Of a stretch of 24,957 nt of DNA, positions 10,926-20,348 are shown piece by piece. Location: the NCBI RefSeq assembly GCF_006345805.1, contig NW_021824467.1, positions 1-24,957 of the forward strand. The letters are read 5' to 3'. The notes below the pieces were generated by a model that saw only the letters and a program-made list of their open reading frames with translations, searched no databases and was not told the DNA's origin. The translations under genes and the position numbers were made by a program. The stretch comes from Octopus sinensis. Lineage: Eukaryota. Every line of letters starts with the position of its first letter. Positions within the stretch are counted from its first letter, which is position 1.

Positions 10926-11614
10926 AACTTCATTTTTTACACACACCACATATATATATATATATATATATCAGTGATTACTCTGGCACTCGGGTTGTTC
11001 GTGCTTAGCCCTAGTATAAATTTAGTAAATTGAACGTGTATTTAACAAGCTGATTTAATTTCTGCCAACTCTGACTTCAAGTATGTAATTGCAGCCAATA
11101 ACTCAGGATCCTTTTATCGAACCTGGTCGCAACTCATTTATTTTCGTTCACCGTCTGACGGTCATCTTGGAGATGCCTCGTGTGAAAAAATATCATTTGT
11201 AGCAGACGTTCAGACATCGTTCATACGCGCCTGACTCGGGGCTCAGAAGTTACAGCCCGAATTGTTATCTATAATCGTAAAAGTTAAAAGTAATTCAAAT
11301 TCAATGTTTTCTTGAAACAATAAATCTCTGTAGAGATTAGGATTTAAATTCCAATCTATGAAACGTTTCCGTTCTACAATATTCTTAAAGGAACGGAAAT
11401 TATCCGGCGACTTGGTAGGTGTAAAAGACTAACCGGCATCTCTTGTCAAGAGTACAGGCGACAGTCAGATCGCTGATGTTTGTTGTGAACTCGGTTGTTG
11501 TTATTTGAAGCGGAAAAATGTGAAATTCTTCGAGCAGGCATGAGTCTTATGCGAGATCTGTGATGAGCCCGAGTAACGCTGATGACTTGGGGTCGCTTCT
11601 GATTATATAATGTA

Positions 11615-11984
11615 CTAGCAGTATCGCCCGGCGTTGCTCGGGTTTGTAAGGGAAATAACTATAAAGCATTTTTAGAGAGTTATAGCCAAAAAAATGGAAA
11701 AAAATTATGGTAAATTTTTTTGAGAGTTAAAACGGTCGAGTTGCGTCCCCTAGACAGTCTGTGGTTGTGGTTTCTGATTCTCGACCCCATGTCGAATTTA
11801 TCGATTTTTTTCAGAACTGGGGAAACTTTCAAAATTTCTCTGCGTTAGTTTTGAATTATGACATTGGGCTATGTGTGTGTTAAGTTTCATCAGAATCGGT
11901 TGAAAGCCGTGGTCAGGGTGAGGGTACAAGCTAACAGACACACAGAAACACACACAGACAAACTGCCGTTTATATAGAGAGAGA
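11615..11984 (-). mobile_element. non-autonomous Helitron (Hel-2), mosaic
   Basis: 5' TC, 3' hairpin CCCGAGCAACGCCGGG plus CTAG, target A(11614)|T(11985). 11777-11984 matches Hel-1 2882-3091; 11615-11682 matches Hel-3 17244-17311. Confidence 0.85.
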
Positions 11985-13449
11985 TTGCATCATTCTTTTC
12001 TGTCTAGGCCCAAACTGTTTTCCTAAATCCTCTTTCCATTGTCGTTGAAGCCTTCCAAATGGTCTTTCTTAATCCCTTGGATACCACTCGGCAACTACAC
12101 AGGTCCACATATATCTATATAGCAATTATCATAATTTGTCAGGTTTTCATTAAACCCCCATTATATCATATATGAACGACCCCTCGTTATGCTCTCCTCC
12201 CTCGCTGCCTAATATATCTCTGATGCCATTCAATAAAAGGATGTGTACTTTTATAAATATTTTTATTCATTTTCTAGATTATATAATTACGTATGTTCAG
12301 GTAAATTAAAATTTACACCTGCCGTGTTTAATATCTTACCTTGTGGAGTGAATTTACCCCTGGTTATTAATCTTTCATAACGACTGTAGTCTCTCTATCA
12401 CCAAGTTATTAGATTAACTGATAAAGATTGGAGTCTCTTTGACCAAGTTGTCGGAATCACTTACAATGGCTGTAGGTGTTAGAATTATTTCGAAACATCT
12501 TCACCAAAAAACTTCAAAGAATATTATTTTGCATATCATTCGTCCATAAGAAACTTGTTATTGTGGTTCTCGTTGTCGCATTTGTATAGCCCAAGGTTAA
12601 CGCTAATTGAGCAGAGCCACGATCAAAAGAGAGAGAGAGAGAGGGACTTCATCCAGGCCTTCTTGTTTTTTGCGTGGTTCTATGCAAGTCTTGTTCATCC
12701 TAGGTCAATTCTACCGAGCAAAACCTATGATGAAAAACAATCCAACCACGGCCATCCTACCTTGTTTCGTATGTGCCTAGAACCCTGGACAACATTATCC
12801 AATGAATCCTTTTTCCAAAGATGCTTGGGTATGGCTTGAGGGGTATTTGGCTGCTCTGTCTAGCAGATGGCGCGACCAGACTGTGCCGTGTTCTCTTGGA
12901 GTCTGAAACATCAGGATGTTTGTCTTGTGTTTCGTTGCATGTGTCTTTGACCACGTGTGTGTGTGTGTGTGTGTGTGACTATTTTGTTAATGTACCTTTG
13001 ACGAGGTGCTATGTTATTAAATTTATGTCAACCTCTCTTATGTATTTATATACGTGTGTTTGTATAAGTATGAAGCTATTTCTTGACGTGTGTTTTAGGT
13101 GTGTGTATAGTTCGGTTTGTATGTCAACTTTTGTAAACATTTAGATATATATATTTGTGCGTGTGTTTGTGTGTGTGTGTGTGTCTTGTGTGTGTGTGTG
13201 TGTTGGCGCGCAAGTCTATCCGTTTTCTGTCCTTTTTCTGTGTAAATTTATACTTGAAGTTATACACACATACGCAAACAAATCTATCAATCTCTCTTTC
13301 TCTCTCTCTCTCTCTCTTTATGTGTGTGTGTGTGTCACATAAAACAAATTCCTCAGATACAGGTGGTGGTCTGCATCGGTAAGACCTGTACACAATACAC
13401 ATGATATAAGCTTAACAACGTTTTCGATATCAAATATCTTTCAACACAC

Positions 13450-13806
13450 ACATACAAACGCGTGCGCATACACGTACGAACGTACCTGTACACACACACA
13501 CACACACATACACACACACGCACACACATACAAACGCGTGCGCATACACGTACGAACGTACCTGTACACACACACACACACACATACACACACACGCACA
13601 CACATGCACACACATACAACGCGTGCGCATACACGTACGAACGTACCTTTACACCCACACACACACATACACACACACGCACACACATGCACACACATAC
13701 AAACGCGTGCGCATACACGTACGAACGTACCTGTACACACACACACACACGCACACACATGCACACACATACAAACGCGTGCGCATACACGTACGAACGT
13801 ACCTGT

Positions 13807-13871
<65 letters not shown>

Positions 13872-13910
13872 TAAGCACAAACACACACATACAAACGCGC
13901 GCGCACACGC
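13450..13910. repeat. minisatellite: conserved ~36-bp CpG-rich core spaced by (CA)n
   Basis: AAACGCGTGCGCATACACGTACGAACGTACCTGTAC at 13456, 13532, about 13618, 13701 and 13773; partial at 13893. Confidence 0.9.
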
Positions 13911-13925
13911 AACACACAAACAAAC

Positions 13926-14100
13926 AAACATGGCGGCCAAAAGTTAAAAAAGAAGAAAAAGTAAAAAAAAAGTAAAAAAGTCTGTTTTCAACGAAAGAAC
14001 GAAGCCAAATCGAAACTCCGCCTCCCGCCTTACCTGGCGGCAGGCGGCGGCTCAGATCCACCAACCACCGCCTCTTGTTCCGTCTCAGCACTCCTCCCTA
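13926..14100 (-). promoter_or_regulatory. candidate non-coding first exon with splice donor and nearby YY1-like site
   Basis: Minus-strand CAG|GTAAGG with exon end at 14034; GC/CpG-rich exon; AAACATGGCGGC at 13926-13937. Upstream on the minus strand is (GA)n rather than a pyrimidine tract, which fits a first exon. Confidence 0.5.
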
Positions 14101-14104
14101 AACT

Positions 14105-14261
14105 CTCTCCTCTCTCTCTCTCTCTCTCTCTCCTACACACTCTCCCCCTTTCTCATCCTATCATATTCTTTCTCTCATCTCTTTAGATTTTCTTTCTTTC
14201 TTTCTTCGTCACTTCTTTCTTGCTTTTAACCCCCCTACCTCCTCCTTATCCTCTTTCTTGC

Positions 14262-14296
<35 letters not shown>

Positions 14297-14404
14297 TATA
14301 TATATATATAATCTTTCTCTCTCTCTCTCTCTCTCTCCAATTCATTACTCTTTCCAACGGGTTTCCTTCTTCCTTTCTTATTTCAAAAGTTTCTCCAACA
14401 CACA

Positions 14405-14440
<36 letters not shown>

Positions 14441-14580
14441 ATTTCACCTTCTATTTATTTCTCTCTCTCTCCTTCTCTCTCTCTCTCCCTCCCTCCCTCT
14501 CTCTCTCTCCTACTCTCTCTCTCCTATTCTCTCTCTCCCTCTCTCTCTCCCTCTCTCTCTCTCCTACTCTCTCTCTCCTA

Positions 14581-14625
<45 letters not shown>

Positions 14626-14701
14626 CTAACCACCCATCTATATATAGGGAGAGAGAGAGAGAGTTCGATCTGTAGCCAGGGTAGCTAAAGGGGCATAGGG
14701 G

Positions 14702-14755
<54 letters not shown>
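14105..14755. repeat. (CT)n, (CA)n, (GA)n and (TA)n microsatellite block
   Basis: Direct inspection. Confidence 0.9.
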
Positions 14756-14763
<8 letters not shown>

Positions 14764-14820
14764 ATCCCTGCCCTTGCATCCCTCTCCGTTTCGCTTTCTC
14801 CTCCTCCAAAACTCATCAAC

Positions 14821-15235
14821 TTCCTCTCCCCCACCACTTTCACGCCCCCTCCCCCCGCTCTTCTCCTACACCCATCTCTTCCTCCTCCCCTCCTCCTCCT
14901 CCTTCTCCGCACCCTCGCCCTTACTCTCCGAACTCAAAGCAGACTCCCTTCCCCTCACCCCCCCTTCCTCTCCCCACCACTTTCACGACCCCTCCCCCCG
15001 CTCTTCTCCTACACCCATCTCTTCCTCCTCCCCTCCTCCTCCTCTTCTCCGCACCCTCGCCCTTACTCTCCGAACTCAAAGCAGACTCCCTTCCCCTCAC
15101 CCCCTTCCTCTCCCCACCACTTTCACGACCCCTCCCCCCGCTCTTCTCTACACCCATCTCTTCCTCCCCTTTCCCCCACCCCCGCCTTACTCTCCGAACT
15201 CAAAGCAGACTACCTTTCCCACCCCCACCCCCACC
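14821..15235. repeat. ~140-bp C-rich tandem repeat (about 3 units; G-rich on minus strand)
   Basis: TTCCTCTCCCC(C)ACCACTTTCACG at 14821, 14965 and 15105; TTACTCTCCGAACTCAAAGCAGACT three times. Confidence 0.9.
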
Positions 15236-15261
15236 CCCTCCGACCTCACTGCCAGCACCCA

Positions 15262-15345
15262 ACTCACCTGGCTGTGACGTCAAAAGCCAGGAGATTTCGT
15301 CTATATTAATCCATTCCGGTCGGGATTTTGGAGAAAAGGAGTTTC
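15262..15345 (-). promoter_or_regulatory. candidate minus-strand non-coding exon with consensus donor; CRE palindrome
   Basis: CAG|GTGAGT on minus strand, exon end 15268; TGACGTCA at about 15276-15283. All three frames contain a stop within 15268-15345. Confidence 0.4.
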
Positions 15346-15413
15346 ACTGTTAACCAACGAACAACATCTCATTCAAGCCGTTCGTTTTTAATTCACGAAA
15401 GAAAAATCCCACC

Positions 15414-15489
15414 ATGGGGCGACAGACTAAGACTAAACATGAAGACTCCCGGGTTTCTTGCGCTATGTTCGCTTGCAATATTGTGACAG
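15414..15489 (+). CDS. candidate first coding exon of an unidentified gene (MGRQTKTKHEDSRVSCAMFACNIVT...)
   Basis: CCCACCATGG Kozak at 15414, open to donor CAG|GTAAGA at 15489/15490, followed by microsatellite-rich intron-like DNA. No homology recognised. Confidence 0.4.
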
Positions 15490-15496
15490 GTAAGAA

Positions 15497-15935
15497 ATAT
15501 ATATATATATGTATGTGTATGACGGGTGTGTGTATATATAAATATATAAATATGTGTGTGTGTATATATATATGTATATGTATGACGGGTGTGTGTGTGT
15601 ATATATAAATATATAAATATGCGTGTGTGTGTATATATATATATATGTATATGTATGACGGGTGTGTGTGTGAATGTGTATAAATATATAAATATGCGTG
15701 TGTGTGTGTGTATATATATGTACGTGTGTATGTGTGTATGTATGTGTACGTATGTATGCGCATATTCAGGTATGCATGCATGTGTGTGCAAATGTGTATA
15801 TGTGTACATATGCACGCATGTTTTGTATTTGTTTGCATGTGTAGATGTATGTATATACCCATATTTATACATAGTCATCCACACACACATATATATGCAT
15901 AATTATAAACTCACGCGCATACATAAGCATACACG

Positions 15936-15965
<30 letters not shown>
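15497..15965. repeat. compound TA/TG/CA microsatellite with ATGACGGGTGTG three times
   Basis: Direct inspection. Confidence 0.85.
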
Positions 15966-15968
<3 letters not shown>

Positions 15969-16100
15969 GTTTCGCTACATTTATGTTTTTTTCTGTTTTG
16001 TTTTCTTTGAAATTCGATCGGAAAATATTGGTGTTTTACATTCTGATACAATGGAATATATTCTTGCAAACGTCTTCAAGACGTAGGTGAAATCTTAGAA

Positions 16101-16140
16101 TCGTTTAACGTCCGCTTTCCATGCTAGCATGGTTTGGACC
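16101..16140 (-). mobile_element. 3' terminal fragment of family B retroposon
   Basis: TTTAACGTCCGCTTTCCATGCTAGCATGG is the reverse complement of 5498-5526. Confidence 0.7.
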
Positions 16141-16237
16141 CGCTGGTGAAAAATAGTCAAACTGATTCCGCCCCCACCACAACACACTCTACTGACTGGT
16201 GTTTATGAGGGCTATGTATATTGATGCGTGTATAAAT

Positions 16238-16285
<48 letters not shown>

Positions 16286-16300
16286 GTATATATATATATA

Positions 16301-16517
16301 TCCCTTTCAACATGTGATCTCTTGAGCACCACCAGCATAAATATTTTTTCCTTGTCTTCCCTCTGGGATCTTTCCTTCTCCTTGTTTCGACGAAGAGCTC
16401 CGCTCGAAACGTTAAACCCTCCTTCCCTTCTTTCCTGAGCGTCAATAATACTTAATTGTTCCACGTCCTCGCGTTGCTGTGTTTTTTCTGGGTTTTTTTC
16501 TGTTTTCTGGATTAACT
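16301..16517 (+). mobile_element. Penelope-like terminal-repeat fragment between (TA)n tracts
   Basis: Contains the hammerhead-like motif at 16384-16417. Downstream TTCCTGAGCG..AATA is shared with the 21.4-kb fragment on the minus strand. Confidence 0.55.
16384..16417 (+). ncRNA. minimal type-I hammerhead ribozyme-like motif (variant core)
   Basis: GTTT-CGACGA-A-GAGC tcc GCTC-GAAA-CG-TT-AAAC. Stems I and II pair, and ACGT forms a palindromic stem III. The core is one nt short of, or deviates from, CUGANGA. Confidence 0.55.
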
Positions 16518-16521
16518 ATAT

Positions 16522-16586
<65 letters not shown>

Positions 16587-17243
16587 GTTATGATTACTTA
16601 ATCGTAGTGTATAGCAGTTTTCTCGTCTCCAGATATTTTATTCTAATGTAGGAATTGCCGAAATTAAGAATTTGGTACTTCCTTTGTTTTTAGAGAGTCA
16701 CACGCATACACACATACGCACGCACGTATACACACACACACACACCACACACACACATTCACACACACACACCTAGATTTTGTTTTAGTACGTCTTTTAT
16801 TTGCAAAGACCGTTTGTCCATTGCATTCTTCCGTCTGAATCTTTAATTTCAATTTCTGAGTTGTCCCCCTTGTCCTTTTTGGCCAGAATTATCATTAATG
16901 TTGATCCTTTCCTTTCATTACCGAAACTAATGTAAATTAATTGAAATTTGTTTTGACTCGCTACACAAAAATTGTTTTGCCGCTACTTCACTATGTGCCC
17001 TTTTTGCAGAAGGCGTCCCTTCCTATGTGTCTAGCGTAACAAAACATTTACGAAGTTACATTAAGTGATACTGTTTCACGTTTTTAAAATCGTTCTTAAA
17101 GATTTGCTATTTGAGGGCCTTGAGTTGCTATATCTACCCGGTTGAATGGTGGCTGTGTTGTGACTCCATCGTATTCAACTCTCAATTGACAAACCACTTG
17201 AGAGAGTTGTGCCTGCTTCAGCTGTTCTTAGATTTATTTTTAA

Positions 17244-17755
17244 CTAGCAGTATGCCCGGCGTTGCTCGGGTTTGTAAGGGAAATAACTATATAAGCATTT
17301 TTAGAGAGTTACTTCCCTTATAGATGCCAATTCGGGCTTTCTTAGCCATTTCTGTTTTGGTGTCTTCAAGCCATGAAGTCGTTGTTCTAAAAGAACGCTG
17401 GTCTCCTTGACAACGCTTTACGACGTGATTTCCTTACACTCCCTTCCCAACAGCTTCACGAGGGAGGGAAGAAGGGGGAGAAGCAAACAAGTGCAGGTGT
17501 GACCATGGCCGCCAACTCTGCCGCCATCGACACACGAAAAATTATGCATTAAAATGGAATAAAAAATGATGTTAAATTATTTTTAAAATCGTAGACTCAT
17601 CGTAGACGCGCGCTAATACTCAGACGGGCTCGATATGAATCACGACTATAAGATACCCGAATTGGTTAAACTGCACCGCAAAATGTGGAGTAGTAGTTAG
17701 GAATCTAAATCGAAGGGGACAGACACTCACACAACTACAGTTTTATATATATAGA
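17244..17755 (-). mobile_element. non-autonomous Helitron (Hel-3)
   Basis: 5' TCTATATATATAAAAC, 3' hairpin plus CTAG, target A(17243)|T(17756). The 3' ~68 bp is shared with Hel-2; the interior is unrelated. Confidence 0.85.
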
Positions 17756-17979
17756 TGGAATTTTTCACTCGCGTTGGTTTACTGATATTTCTTTTCCAAT
17801 ATTCTCATCGTTGCTATTTTCATTGACATCGTCTTTATAATGCCCTCCCACCAATTCTATATTTCTTACTGAAACATCATCGTTTTCCTCTTCTAAAGTG
17901 TTTCCTTTTACATCAGGTTTCTACACAAGTCCTTTTTACTCTCATATTACGCAATAACAACGTCTACATTTTATTTACA

Positions 17980-18166
17980 ATGGACTGATATGTGTCCTCC
18001 CCTTGTTTGTTGTTACCACAACGTTTCTGCTGATGTACCCTCCAGCCTTCATCAGGTGTTCTGCTGGAACTTCGAACCCAACTCTTTATTTGACTAATGG
18101 GGTACTCTTTTCTCATTCTTAAGGTATTTTTTGCTGATATTATTACTATTTAATTATTCAAGTCAC
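17980..18166 (-). mobile_element. body of a SINE-like / Penelope-derived element carrying a hammerhead, downstream of the tRNA-like heads
   Basis: Continuous on the minus strand with the last tRNA-like unit. Its 3' ~75 bp recurs inverted at 18670-18752. Confidence 0.6.
18017..18058 (-). ncRNA. minimal type-I hammerhead ribozyme motif
   Basis: Minus strand CAC-CTGATGA-A-GGCTG gagggtacat CAGCA-GAAA-CG-TT-GTG. Intact CUGAUGA and GAAA, stem I CAC/GTG, ACGU palindromic stem III, GUU cleavage triplet. The base of stem II is a G.A mismatch (C in the paralogous copy at 18693). Confidence 0.65.
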
Positions 18167-18664
18167 TGCCTGAGATTGAACCCAGTATCCCACGCTCTTA
18201 ACCGCTACGCTATATGCCCGTGGGCAATTATAGAGTGTATTCTGGGGTTTGCCTGAGATTGAACCCAGTATCCCACGCTCTTAACCGCTACGCTATATGC
18301 CCGTGGGCAATTATAGAGTGTATTCTGGGGTTTGCCTGAGATTGAACCCAGTATCCCACGCTCTTAACCGCTACGCTATATGCCCGTGGGCAATTATAGA
18401 GTGTATTCTGGGGTTTGCCTGAGATTGAATCCAGTATCCCACGCTCTTAACCGCTACGCTATATGCCCGTGGGCAATTATAGAGTGTATTCTGGGGTTTG
18501 CCTGAGATTGAACCCAGTATCCCACGCTCTTAACCGCTACGCTATATGCCCGTGGGAAATTATAGAGTGTATTCTGGGGTTTGCCTGAGATTGAACCCAG
18601 TATCCCACGCTCTTAACCGCTACGCTATATGCCCGTGGGCAATCATAGAGTGTATTCTGGGGTT
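18167..18664 (-). repeat. six near-identical 83-bp tandem units, each a truncated tRNA-like head (A-box and B-box)
   Basis: Unit starts at 18167, 18250, 18333, 18416, 18499 and 18582; only three single-base variants seen. Minus strand: TAGCGTAGCGG (A-box), 19 nt, GGTTCAATCTC (B-box-like). Confidence 0.9.
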
Positions 18665-18752
18665 ATAAACCCGATGATGAAAGTACATCAGCCGAAACGT
18701 CGTGGTAACAACAAACAAGGTGAAAATACCTATCCGTCCATTACATAATCCC
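18665..18752 (+). mobile_element. inverted partial copy of the hammerhead and 3' segment (degenerate)
   Basis: GTACATCAGCCGAAACGTCGTGGTAACAACAAACAAGG...GTCCATT is the reverse complement of about 17980-18038. Core CCGATGA; the 5' arm of stem II is deleted; GUC triplet. Confidence 0.7.
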
Positions 18753-18882
18753 TCGTCCCCAAAATATAGAATCTATTTGTAATAGATTCCACCCTATGAT
18801 CTTCCCCGACCCCTACTCAACCAGTAACAATCTAATTTTGACTTTTAAGGCTCTCACTTCAAATAACATCTCACCGATACGA

Positions 18883-19078
18883 ATTCCTTTAATCAGTTAT
18901 TCTACTCCAAGGTCCATTCCTTTAATCAGTTATTCTACTCCAAGGTCCATTCCTTTAATCAGTTATTCTACTCCAAGGTCCATTCCTTTAATCAGTTATT
19001 CTACTCCAAGGTCCATTCCTTTAATCAGTTATTCTACTCCAAGGTCCATTCCTTTAATCAGTTATTCTACTCCAAGGT
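18883..19078. repeat. 33-bp VNTR, about 6 identical copies
   Basis: ATTCCTTTAATCAGTTATTCTACTCCAAGGTCC at 18883 + 33n. Confidence 0.95.
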
Positions 19079-19109
19079 TAGAACGCCACGAGTCTTTACA
19101 ATACAATTG

Positions 19110-19548
19110 CTTTCAAATTTGAGCAGGAAACAAGCTAACTGGGAAGAGAGGGGGTAAGTCGATTATATCGACCCCCGTATTCAAACTGGTACTTATTTTA
19201 TCGACCCCGAAATGATGAAAGGCGAAGTCGACCTTGGAGGAATTTGACCTCGGAACATAAAGCCGGACGAAATGCTGCTGAGCACTTCGCCCGGCATGTT
19301 AACGATTCCGCCAGCTTGCCACCCTCTTTACGATATTAATTATTGTTTCAAATTTTGGCACGAGGCCAGCAGTTTTAATGGGTGAAGTTTAGTCGATTAC
19401 ACTGACCACACCAATGGACTGGTTCTTTATCAGCGCCAAAAGGATGAATGGTAAAGTTGGCGTCGGCAGGATTTGAAGTCGATATTTAAAGATATGTTGC
19501 TGAGAATTTTTTTCCAACGCGTTAACGATTCTATTAGCTGGTCACCTT
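19110..19548 (-). mobile_element. two tandem family C SINEs
   Basis: Copies at about 19110-19325 and 19345-19548; the second is more decayed. Confidence 0.75.
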
Positions 19549-19611
19549 TTTTTAAAATAGTAATTAGGCTGGTCACTACTCGTGGTTTAATCGATGAATA
19601 AAATTTTACAT

Positions 19612-19874
19612 TAACCTAGAGAACACCTTGTGAAAGGTAGGAGAGTCCAGTTTGCTGGACATTGTTGTAGAGCTGAAAAAGAAGTAATTTCTACTCTTCT
19701 CCTCTGGAAGCCATCTGCTCGCGATACCAGAGGGCGCACACTCTCCTACCTGATGTGTAACTCCAGGGATACAGGCATCAGCAACAGGACCTCCGTAATG
19801 CCATGATGGACCGTGAAGTCTGGCGTAGCATGGTAAATTTCATTGTCTCGACCACGGTCGAACAATGATGATGA
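19612..19874 (+). mobile_element. 3' end of RTE/RTEX-type LINE (decayed ORF2 C-terminus plus (TGA)n tail)
   Basis: Translates as LVKGRRVQFAGHCCRAEKEVISTLLLWKP...RGRTLSY...SRDTG...NAMMDREVWRSMV with frameshifts. The FAGH and DRxxWR motifs are typical of RTE-group C-termini. Confidence 0.7.
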
Positions 19875-20136
19875 GAGAACACCTACGAAAACATGAGGAG
19901 GTGTTGAAAAGATTTGGGCTTTGGGTAAAAGAAAATACTGGATGGGGATCAGTTAATTATGATTTCGTTCAACATATTCCCCTCCTCTCAGAGTCACATA
20001 CTTATTGCAGCGGTCCTTCAGGCAGTTCTTCATTTGTTTTGCGATGAACTGAGGCCATCAATTGGACGTAACTAATTGGAGAAGGGACGGGCCCCTTTTC
20101 GTACTTTTTATTTGCCTCCTTTCTCACCCCTTTCCA

Positions 20137-20297
20137 CAATTTGGAAGGAAGTAGGCATGTTTCCAGTAACGGAACAGAAACTGGACGAGCAAGAATGTTC
20201 TATGAAGCATAATGGCTACCTATTAAATGTGGAATTATGGGAAATTTAAAGAGGACATAGAAAACCCCACGGGGAACGGAAAGATAATGTAACACAA

Positions 20298-20348
<51 letters not shown>

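Noticed and set aside
11305-11400. Hammerhead-like CTGTAGA...GAAACGTT followed by a TTTCCGTTC/GAACGGAAA hairpin
   Set aside because: Stem II does not abut GAAA and stem I does not pair. At best a heavily decayed remnant.
11560-11602. C/D-box snoRNA (GTGATGA, then CTGA at 11579 and 11599)
   Set aside because: Only about 43 nt, no terminal stem and no recognisable rRNA guide.
12690-12900. Possible LINE 3' UTR remnant (similar TCTAGCAG motif near 1620)
   Set aside because: Similarity is too short to define boundaries or a family by eye.
13357-13378. 22-nt plus-strand micro-exon (CAG|...TCG|GTAAGA)
   Set aside because: Weak pyrimidine tract and no partner exons; such site pairs occur by chance.
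13420-13445. Minus-strand GATAT-ttg-ATATC-GAAA hairpin
   Set aside because: No CUGANGA core upstream.
14685-15353. Proline/serine-rich ORFs of 170-200 aa (extensin-like)
   Set aside because: Open in all three plus frames because of the C-rich tandem repeat; no codon structure.
17768-17925. 51-codon acidic open frame on the minus strand (KPDVKGNTLEEENDD...)
   Set aside because: No start codon, weak acceptor, ends in a stop next to a Helitron, and no recognisable homology.
18167-18664. CRISPR-like array or functional tRNA gene cluster
   Set aside because: No unique spacers and eukaryotic context; the units lack an anticodon arm and a complete cloverleaf.
18796-19122. 108-aa ORF with IPLISYSTPRS x6
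   Set aside because: The 33-bp units are identical even at third positions, so the ORF is a by-product of a VNTR whose length is a multiple of three.
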